From: Paraspadella gotoi
Taxonomy: Eukaryota > Animalia > Chaetognatha
Assembly (NCBI GenBank): GCA_051294375.1
Contig: JBJCIZ010000263.1
Span: 1 to 64,000 of the forward strand
Length of the DNA stretch: 64,000 bases
Reading direction: 5' to 3'
Numbering within the stretch: position 1 is the first letter of the stretch; the number at the start of each line of letters is the position of its first letter. The notes under the pieces are model-generated. The model was not told the DNA's origin and searched no databases. It saw only the letters and a list, made by a program, of their open reading frames with translations. A program made the translations under genes and the position numbers. Below are positions 49,001 to 64,000 of this stretch, in pieces.

Positions 49001-52000
49001 ATGCAGGTTTGGAGTTCCATGCTCTTTATGTAGAGGCAATCATCATCAAACGTACATGGGATGGCTCCGGTACGCGATTTAATCCTACGACAAATACGCA
49101 ATATCAGCCGACGACGTTTGCACAGCCACCTACTTACGCAACCCCGCCTTCACCCCTCCTCTGCCCCCTCTTATACCCCTTCGCCATGCCCCAGCCCCTC
49201 TACCAGTCGGTGGCGGCAACACTACAGCAACGACGGTGAACGGTGGTACCTTTGATCCAAATCAAACGATCCCCATGAACGCGACAACCACGCCACCCCC
49301 TGCAGTGGCTGCAGGTACGGCGTCAAGTTGACTGGCGGTTGCGTCCGCCCCAGGTGAATCGACCTTTCGTCCAGTTGTACCGGTCGTTGTAGAAACCGCG
49401 GGACGCAAGTGTACAACTTACGCCATGATTGATAGTGCTGCTGTAATCGATGTCTGGTTCTTACAAACAAAACATTGCTTAAATTGTATATGCCCAATTT
49501 TTTTTAAATACTAGATGTTCAATTCTACCGTAATATATCCCATGAGAATCTCAGGACCTCTATAGGCGATCAAACAAATGCATCGGGATGTGGCTTCATG
49601 GATTTGCAGATGGGTGGAACCGCTTGATGAACTTTTCCATTTCCCGTCCCAAGATACACCTGATCGACTGATTTTTGGGAAAACTGCTGACATCGGAGCG
49701 ACGCACCGCCCCTTTGTAATAGAAGATGTGGCCGAAAACCACATCTGTATTTCGGGTTTTCATTCCCCAATCTCCCTGACAAGGAGGTTGGAATTGCTTC
49801 CTCCCAGCTGGATTTGCCTATACTTTGGATCGGCGGTGAATGTACGACGTGGCGTGCAGATCAGCCAATCGCACTCATTGGACCGACTTTGGTTGGACCC
49901 TCGTTGGTCCGCGCACTGGTACGGACGTGGAAGTGATGTCCACGTGTGGCCCGTATCACTGGTAGTTACATTAGAGGAATGATGAAGAAAAATCCAAGAA
50001 GATATTCGACGCTTAGTTTCATCGTGACTTGTTCGTTGCGCCAAGTGCAAACAGAAGCTTCCATCTGTTGAAGATGAGTACGCCGTAAGAAACAATTGGA
50101 ATAACCATCGGTATGATGAGAAAGTTAAGGCATTATTTTGTGGTTTACCATGGATGAGAGTAGGAGTAAATAAAGCAGACTGCAGTTTTGAAACAGTAGA
50201 GATTCGGCAACGATGGCCTCAATTCGTTTGCAGTCTCTTTATGCGCAAAGCTACAACCGAAAATCCTGCTGACAAAAAACGAGAGTCAATGATGAGGATT
50301 GATAAAAGTATTGATGGAGGAAGGGCTACGCCAAAGTAGTCGACGTCAACAAGATCTCAAAGAAAAAACCGATTAGACCTTCCACTTTCACGTTATAGTA
50401 GACGACATGATAAAACAAAGTACGTATTTGTTCATGATGCACGCGAAGCGTGAAAGGTAAACTACTCTCAATGACGATTGTTGTTGACTGGCCCAGACTA
50501 CATGACAAATCTATTGGGCGTCATGTTACGTTTCGACGCCACAGAGTGGCATTAGCCGCGGATATTCGGGATTTTTCCACCAGGTATTTGTTGATGAAAA
50601 CGATGTACATTGCTTCCAATTAGGTGGTTTGAGGATGATGCATGTACACAATAGCCCTCTTTGAACTTAGGGTCATATTTTTGGTGGCAAAAAGTTCACC
50701 GCTTGTGGCTATTATACCCTCAAAACCCCGCGAAAACGTTGGAAGGAAATTGCCAATGGAGGTTGTCGAGGCGATTATTCGCCAATTCTATGTCGACGAT
50801 TTTCTCGGATCAATGCCCGACGAAGAAACCGCTCGCGAGATTAAGAAGGGCCTGATGAAGCTCTTCGCCGCGGCGGGTTCGAGTTGACGAAATGGAAATG
50901 CTCTGTGCCAAGTGTTCTGGAAGACGAACCTGATCAAGCGACGGACACAACGAAAACGTTTACAGATGGAAACGATAATGACGTGAAAGACGAACGACCC
51001 GGATAAAGTATTGGGTGTTGCATTTTCATTTTTTGATGATTATTTTTTCCCATGCATTAATCAGGAAAAAGTGTTAAAACGTTGTATTACAAAAAGACAA
51101 ATTTTGTCTCTTACCGCCAGCCTGTACGATCCATGGGCTCGTTTCGCCGTTTACGCTGAAAGGACGCAATTACTTCCAGCGCGCGAACGAAGCAACAGCG
51201 GACTGGATTCCCCTCTGCCAGATGATCTCATCAAGGACTTTGATACTGGCGTCAACAAATGCCAGAATTGGAGTCCATCAAACTCCCGCGATGATTGCAA
51301 CAAGAGAGACGACGAACGATCCCGCGGAGCTTCACGTATTTTCGGACGCCAGCCATGAGGCTACGGCGTCACTATTTATCGTAAACTGTCCCACCTACTG
51401 ACGGAAAATCTCATGTTGCCTTTATTATGTCCAGTCCCGAGTGACGCCGGCCGATTCCTCCAAAGCGTCTCACCAAACTCGATCCCGAGATTGGAGTTGA
51501 CGGCGGCATGCCTCGGCGCAGAGATTCGACACACCGTGGTAAAGAGATGACAATGACCGGTTTGAAAAAGTAGTAATGTGGACTGATTCTGAACGGTTTT
51601 GAAACAAATTTTGATTGTAAGTCTAAATTTGCAGCTTTTCTTTAAAAAACCGTTTATCTCGAATTAGGGAATTAACCGATGTCACGGAATGGCGCTACGT
51701 CGCGACGGATGAAAATCCCGCTGACGATTGCAGCGAGGTCTTCCTGCTGGTGACCCAAAATGGCAACGTTTTCACAATGGCCCGACTTCTTGTGCGCCGC
51801 AGAAGCGGAGTGGCCGGAACAGAAGCTGTCCGCGTTGAAAACCATCCCAGCAGACATCCTTACGACTGAGGCCGACGAAGATGTCGAGACGGCCACGGAT
51901 AACGCTCAATACAAAAAATCAATGTAGAACATTTGGGCCCATTCCGAGTCGCCACGCGCAATGGTTCCTGACTCCCATAAAAAACTTCGTTTGATTGCGA

Positions 52001-53473
52001 CGATGAAACACGCGATAGAGATGATTGAATGGAGAAAAGCATTGCGCAAGACGCAGATGCTAGACCAAAAAGATAAATGGCTGACTTTAAAGATTTAAAA
52101 GATGCTAAGAAATTATCCAATGCCGAGCGCTGCAGCTTCGCTATTTTTCCAGACGAGTACCGCCAACTTCGAGAGAAAAATGTTCGCTCTCCGGATGCTA
52201 GAGCTGAGTTAACGCAGACACGTTCGCCACTGCGCCAGCTCAACCCATTACCTAGACCTCTGCGGACGTTATAACGAATTGGCGGCCGAATTGGGAAAAG
52301 CGAATTTAGCCTAATGAAACGCGACATCCAATTGGTGTTACCAAAAAATGATCAAATTGTACGAGATTACATCCGCCTATGTTCACGAGCAAGAAGCGCA
52401 CGCTGGCGTTGAACACGTACTCGCAAAACACCCGCCGCCGATTTCACATTCCTCAATGCGACCAGGTATTGCGAGGTCCGTCATTAAACGTTGCGTCAGT
52501 TGTCAAAAGAATTTCCGACCCCCGGCACGCAAAAGATGGGCGACATACCCGAAGGACCGTCTGACGATTGGAGAACCATTCTCGGCAGTGGGCGTCGACA
52601 TCTTTGGCCCATTTCACGTCGTGCATGGTGGCCGGGGCAGTGCCAAACGTTGGGTAGCTTTGTATACGTGTTTAAAATCAAGGGCTATCCATCTAGAAGT
52701 TCTACACGACTTATCATCTCATCCTTTATAAACTCTATAATCCGCTTTAACTCCCGTCGCCCTGGGACGAAAAAATTTTTCAGTGATAACGGAACCAACT
52801 TACGCGGGGCGGATTCAGAGTTGAAAGCGGCAGTGGAAAAATGGAGAGAGGAGCAGGTGCATAAAAAAATGATAGAGTACGGAGTCGAATGGGTTTTTGG
52901 CCCTCCCATGCCCCCCAATGGGGAGGAGTGTGGAGAGATTGGTTCAATCTACCAAAAAACATTTGACTGCTATTTTGAAAAAAGATAAACTTCAACTTGA
53001 AGTTCTGACGACGGCGTTGGCAGCGGTAGAAAGCATCCTAAATCGTCGCCCGCTGACAAGACTCAGCGAAGACCCGCGCGATTTGGAAGCCCTGACGCCA
53101 GCCCAAATTCTATACCCAAGTGTCTACGCACCATCCAGAGCGATAATCGTGCCGCCGGAGTCTGTTAACGGCGACGCTCTGAGAAGTACATGGAGATTAG
53201 CGAGACGTTTAAGCGAAGAATTTTGGAACGCTGGAAGCACGAGTATGTAGTAACGCTTCAACAGCGCCAAAAGTGGCAAAAAAACGCAGGAAAATCTGAA
53301 AGAGGATCAATTAGTCCTAATGGTTGACGAGCTAAAATCACGAGATCAATGGCGGTTAGCGCAAGTCATTGACGCAGGTGAAGGCACGCACGTGCACGCG
53401 TGCAAGTACGCACTGCGGACGATAAGATCTTTGAACGCGACCGAAACAAACTCGTCCATTGGAATGTGATTGA
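46084..53473 (+). CDS. gag-pol: gag-pol polyprotein region (many frameshifts, probably sequencing indels)
   Basis: ATG 46084 (MASAPEND); Zn knuckles ~48865-49055; degraded IDS protease motif ~49430; YVDD 50789-50800; RNase H; IN (GVDIFGP, SDNGTNL); stop TGA 53471-53473. Indels differ between copies and cluster at homopolymers. Confidence 0.9.
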
Positions 53474-53685
53474 TCTAACTCATAAAAATTGTTTTCTTTT
53501 GCTGATTATTTCTGACTATGACTTGCTTCATTTGTATATATTGTAAATATATCTTGTTAAACTCATAGTAAACGCCACTATTCTCGTCTCTTATTGCTTT
53601 GGTTTCACAATGTGATTTTGTAAAACTCTGTTTGAAACAAATAAAGTGAAGATTACGTTTCTTATTATTTCTGTTTTAAATGCAC

Positions 53686-53720
53686 GTAACTAATTTTTTT
53701 TTACTTTCTACCATACCCAG
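53686..53720 (+). promoter_or_regulatory. Putative 3' splice acceptor upstream of ORF3
   Basis: gtaaCTAAT branch-like motif + T-tract + ctttctaccatacccAG, 22 nt before the ATG; also present in copy A2 (AG at 21104-21105). Confidence 0.6.
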
Positions 53721-53742
53721 AGATTCTTTCTATACAATTAAA

Positions 53743-55820
53743 ATGGCGAACAAACAAACATCGCAAACGAAGTTCCTCCAGCTGAACTCTCCGGAAGCGG
53801 CACCACCGTTGTGACGTTTCATCCAATGGCCATTGGGAGAGCCTCTGCCTGGATTGCCTTTGGACGTCGACGATTCCTACCGTCAGTATACGCCATCCTG
53901 GAGGAACTCAATTCAGAGACCATTATCAGAGAACTCCGAGCATGGGCCGAGGCTGGTGATATCACCGCCCTGAATCCCCCGCCCAGGAGCCTGAACATGA
54001 TTTGGGAGTTGAGAACGGNNNNNNNNNNTTCCGTCAACATTTCCGACCGTGTAGATTGGGCACCCAGAAGCCCCGTTAATTCAGGTCCAGATTCGATTGT
54101 TAGGGACCTACAAGGCGGGATGTATACCAACATGGATGAAGCCCGCCATGCGCTCTTCGCCGCCCTAGCTCGGCGCGATGCAACGACAAGACGTTCTCGC
54201 AGTGTCGGACGCCCAGCCCCGTCCTCTTCTCCCGTAGCCCCTGCTGCCCNNNNNNNNNNTACGCCTTCCCCTCCTCCGCGTCCGTCGGCCCAGCCGGCGA
54301 GAAACGTGGTAGTGAGGAAGGAGACGGAAGTGCAGAACGTGGTAAGTGGCCAGGTGGCTCCAGAGCAAAACNNNNNNNNNNNNNNNNNNNNNNNNNCCTG
54401 GACAACACCTTAGCCGCAAAGAAAAAGGCATGATGGCATGAAGATGCACATCGAAAAGAGACTGGCGAAACGCGCGGAATCGAATGTCAACAAGCCATCC
54501 GTAGTCTTCGTTCCATCTACAACCGTAGCTGATCAACCACCGACCGTTCCTAAAGCGCTGATCACCCTGATCCATCACCCGCTCAACAACGCCGATGGAA
54601 CAGGACAATCCTTGAGTTGCGAAACCTCCATACTTCTCCGTCCCATGTCCAGATTTCAACGCGATCAGACGTCCTAGTGTACCAGCCGATCTCCACCAAG
54701 AGCTGGTCAGATCAAGTAGAGGAAGCAATGAAAACGACGGAACAACAAACACGAGAAATAGAAAGAGAAAGACGCAGGTCCCGTCGTGCGGCCAAGATTA
54801 ACCGCGACCTATCCGCCGGCGTGCTGGGCCGCGTGCCCATGCACACGCCGAATGCAACCTCAACGCCAGTACACGACGTGACCACACCCACAGAGCCAGA
54901 GAACGGAGGTTAAAAAACCACGACTAGATTAATTGTAGTATGAGAACGATTTCAACCTGACAATTGATGAACAGGACATCAACGCTACGTTTCGCAGGCC
55001 CCGCCCGGTTGGCTGGAGAAGACCGTCAACGACAAGAGGAAAAGAGATTTCGTCTCGGAATCAGATTCGGGAGCCGAGAACGGAAACGGCGCGAGGAGCA
55101 AGGCCGCGCCTTCTGCACCCCAGCAACCGTCTCTCCCAGCCAACGTCGACAAGCCGATTCAATGGGGACTCTCACCAGCAGAGGCTGAAAAAGCTCACCA
55201 ACGCCACCTCGACGAACAAGAGGCCCGTAAGAAATCCGGGGCAAATGACAAGGAATGAGAAAGAACGATTCATCGAGTACAAGAAATGGGATAAACAATT
55301 TAAATACCCGGCAACTCCAAAGAAGAAAAGGCCAACTGTACCCCGCTCCGAGAAGAACTACCCAACGATAGATTCGGACGGATTCCGCTGTAGAGACGTG
55401 CGGGAAGAGTTCCGCAATACTGCAATTGTTTTCCACGAACATTCCACTCCTGAAGCCGACAAGGAAAAGACCGCGGCTTCCACCCAGAAGAAGAAACCGT
55501 AACTCCTACACCCTCCCCCCCGGAGACAACACGCTTGATGCTACGGAAACCCCCGACGTGTTGTTCCCCTCTTCCGTGACCCCACCTGACACGTCATTTA
55601 CGACTTCTGCTTCTACAACGAACTTGACAGAGACAACGCTGACGACCCCTCCATCTTCCGCAGACGATTCCTTCGTCTCCGTATGCGAGACTTGTCCGCA
55701 CCTACCGCCGCTCGAAAGGATTTCCTCGCTCCCCCTTATCCATATTACCCCCAGCGAGAACGGGCCCTTCTAGGCGAAGATGACGGCGAGGAGATGGAGG
55801 AAGACGACGACGATCTTTAA
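53743..55820 (+). CDS. Accessory ORF3 in env position (two segments, 53743-~54908 and ~54942-55820; ~670 aa if joined), unknown function
   Basis: GC-rich coding-like block between AT-rich spacers: ...FHPMAIGRASAWIAFGRRRFLPSVYAILEELNSETIIRELRAWAEAG...; ENDFNLTIDEQDINATF...KWDKQFKYP...EEDDDDL*. Present in two to three copies; no signal peptide or TM segment visible. Confidence 0.75.
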
Positions 55821-56700
55821 AAAGCTCGCATTGTTGCCCGGACACGCTGATAAGACAGTTGGACGGGCACAACGTGATATCAGACCAAAACCGGAACTGT
55901 TTACGGAACCGAATTACGGAACAACGGAATAAAGTCTGCTTTACGTGCTATGACTGTTCGCCTCAACGTAACTCGTTGGTTTGACAAGACAATCGCGAGG
56001 TTGACCTGTTTGAAAAGACAACAGTTCAATTTTCTAGAGAGCTCAGCCTCACACGTAAAACAGGTACAAACGTTTTTTATTATAAGTAAAGTTAAAATAT
56101 CGGTGACTTTTTATTCAAACGTGTTAAACCTTTGCGTCGTAATTGTTTTTTAGTTGATACGTCTGTTTATTTTGTTAGATTTACTTCAGTCTAATTTAGT
56201 TTTTTAATTCGTTTCATGATCACACGAAATTTAGTTTCTTAAATTCGTATCACTGTCCTTTCAGTAACGTTTAAAAACCGACGCACAGAATTTCGTAGGT
56301 TTCTATTCATACAAGTTATTTCGTTCGTTTTATTGACAATCATGATCAAGAAATAGTGAACAGTGTAAAATGTACAAATGATTACAGTAAAAAGAATAAC
56401 AATGATTATAGTTTCATTTTATATCTTATCATTACGTTTGCAGACGGGCCATTAAAAAAAAAAAAAAAAAATTAATATAAAATTAAATAGACATTTTTTC
56501 CATTCATCTTTCCATTTCATTATTTCCGTTTCAAATCTTTCCCCATCCCCTCTTTTTTTTTTTTTTCTCATTTTATTCATTCTACTACTTTCTATTCCCT
56601 TTTCTTATTTCCTCATTCATTTTTCCCTTTTTCTACTTCTCCTTTCATCTTCTCTCGATTCACCTTCCCCGGCATAAGGGCGATTTTTCCGGTTCCCTTA

Positions 56701-56717
56701 GGAAGCCGGAGGTGGGG
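56701..56717 (+). promoter_or_regulatory. Polypurine tract
   Basis: ggaagccggaggtgggg abutting the 3' LTR; identical in copy A1. Confidence 0.8.
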
Positions 56718-57324
56718 TGATGAGAGATGGCGCTGTTTTATTCATTTTTCTCATTATTTTGCTCATTATTTCCATTTCATTGTCACGTGACTTTTCTATA
56801 CATTTCGTCTGCTTTTCCTATACTCTTTTTGTATGCATTTCTTTCCTTTTTCAGTCAGTTAGAGAGTTACCTTGACCCGTCTCCAAACGGCTCTTTACGG
56901 GCTATGAAGTCCTTCCGTCATTCATGTCAGCCCTTACGTCACCAACTTTCCTAGATCAAGGGCCACGAGACAGCCCACTGAGACACTGCCAGCCCAGAGA
57001 CTCGCGGGCAAAGGAGGCACGGAGAGGCCACATGTCACTAGCCTCAGACTCTACTATGGACTCGTGACTCTTAGCAGAGACGGCGTCGCAAGGCTCGACA
57101 CCCTCGCCTTCAACGGACTTGGGTTCCTTCGCAAGCTCCTTCGACTTTCCACACCGTACAACGGGGTCGCAGAGGCTGCGACGGCTCCGAAGGGGCGTCG
57201 GACAAGACCGCGCCACTTCCGGTTGAGACGCGAGGTGAAGACCAAGGTTTCACTCAGTAGTAGCCTGACGGTCGACACGCGAGGAGGCGTCACCGAGACC
57301 AGGTTTGGTTCTGGTTTCTCGACA
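56718..57324 (+). repeat. 3' LTR (copy C)
   Basis: Direct repeat of 45323-45930. Confidence 0.93.
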
Positions 57325-57879
57325 TATTCATATATCATATATATGATTCATCATCTACCTCTTCCGTTACATTACGATTTCTAACTTTTTTTAAAGTTGT
57401 TACTCACAAGCGGCATTTCAAGTTGTACCATTTCCTATCGAGTATCGCTCTCCTTTTTTTCCTTCGTCCCGTTTTTTCCCATTTTCTCCTTCCATCTTTC
57501 CCTTTTTTTTCCCCCGTTTTTTTCTTCCCTTCCTTTATTTCTCCCTTATCTTTCATGTTCTCAAGTTCCCTGTTTCCCTATTTTACTTTCTTTTCCTTAA
57601 ACATCTTTCTCATTTTGGCGAACCTTTTCCTCTCTCCCATTCCCTTTCTTTCTCTCCTTAATTCTCACCATTCCTCTACTTCTGCTTCACCATTTTCCTT
57701 TCTTTTTCTTTTCTTATAAATTCCCTTTCTTTTACGTCTCTTCTCTCGTTTCATCATCCACTTCTTTCCCTTCCTTCCATTTCCCCTCCAGATTTTTTTC
57801 GACTCGAAAATGACCATGATGCTTCCCGGGGCCTCGTATGTCTTTCTCTTTTCGCGCTAATTGGAGGCGGAAGTTTGGG

Positions 57880-63260
<5,381 letters not shown>

Positions 63261-64000
63261 ATAAAGTCGGACATTATTTTAACGAGGAGAGGAGAAAAGG
63301 TTAGGCGTGAAGGGCGAATGCTTTCGTCGTTCGTGCTAAGAGATTGATTCGAGGAGAAAACTGGTCATATCTCTTAACTCAGACTTTAATAGCAGCCGTC
63401 TCCAGGGAGCTGCCCCGGCCATTAGACCAAGACGGCATTCTCAGGTACGAGTATTCATCTGCAAGGCATCTCGCTCAACGGTACATTCACTTCAAAAGTC
63501 CTCTCCCTAAAAGCATTCCCACATAGTATATCTCAATGAAATTCCATAAAGCATTCTCAATCATGTCATTCACTCTAAAATTCAAATCTTTCCATGTACT
63601 GACTCTCTCAATTAAAAAAAAAAAAAAACCACAGAAAGGAAAAAAAAAACCCGGCCATCTTTTGATGACGTAAGAATTTCCAAGATAACGATCTGTAACA
63701 AGATGAATCTGCAGAAGAAATTTTTCATATATCTATCTTGAGCGCATTTCACACTTTTCCAGACTGGATCTATAGCAGACTTTCTCGCGAAGCATGATTC
63801 TCGCTTCCTCCGCCACGCCCCTCCTTCCCCCCCACGCCTCATCCCCCCTTCAAAAAAATAGAGAAAAAAAGAATCACGTGATTTCGCCCGAAGATGAAAG
63901 GCAGAAGATTTCTGTCGTCGCTTCTGTCCCGTCTTCGGCTCTTCAGTTTTCGTCCTCGTCGTCGTCGTCTTCGTCTTCGTATTCGTCTTCGGTCTTCGTC

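Larger units (their letters stand above)
45323..57324 (+). mobile_element. Full-length BEL/Pao LTR retrotransposon (~12.0 kb) with gag-pol and an extra 3' ORF (copy C)
   Basis: Near-identical LTRs 45323-45930 and 56718-57324; PPT 56701-56717; complete domain set; no clear TSD or PBS visible. Confidence 0.95.

Noticed and set aside
46084-53473. Programmed frameshifts or true pseudogenisation of gag-pol
   Set aside because: Indels are copy-specific, mostly at homopolymers, and absent in the cleaner contig pieces; sequencing error is the simpler explanation.
53743-55820. Calling ORF3 env
   Set aside because: No hydrophobic signal or TM segment and no Cys-rich ectodomain; composition is disordered and charged.
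63344-63526. 60-aa ORF as a host exon
   Set aside because: No recognisable motif or convincing splice sites.

Overview
Repeat-dense eukaryotic DNA, probably from an invertebrate, in a noisy long-read gap-filled assembly: indel errors, 10/25/100-N gaps, many (GA)n tracts. No host gene could be confidently identified. The window is dominated by one BEL/Pao LTR retrotransposon family with ~605-bp TG...CA LTRs. It has one full-length ~12-kb copy (45323-57324, +) and several partial or rearranged copies between 13.5 and 40.6 kb; their inversions look like assembly artefacts. Besides gag-pol (3 Zn knuckles, DSG protease, YVDD RT, RNase H, integrase), the family carries a third, non-Env-looking ORF (~670 aa) in the env position. 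This ORF has its own splice acceptor, an apparent internal sense-strand intron, flanking AATAAA signals and an excess of synonymous differences between copies. It is the best candidate here for an undescribed system. The first 13 kb hold a Penelope-like element (RT + GIY-YIG) with inverted pseudo-LTRs bearing minimal hammerhead ribozyme motifs, a second PLE end, a ~2.9-kb foldback structure made of ~475-bp units, a MITE, and tandem or minisatellite repeats. All alignments and translations were done by eye; frames were reconstructed across presumed sequencing indels.
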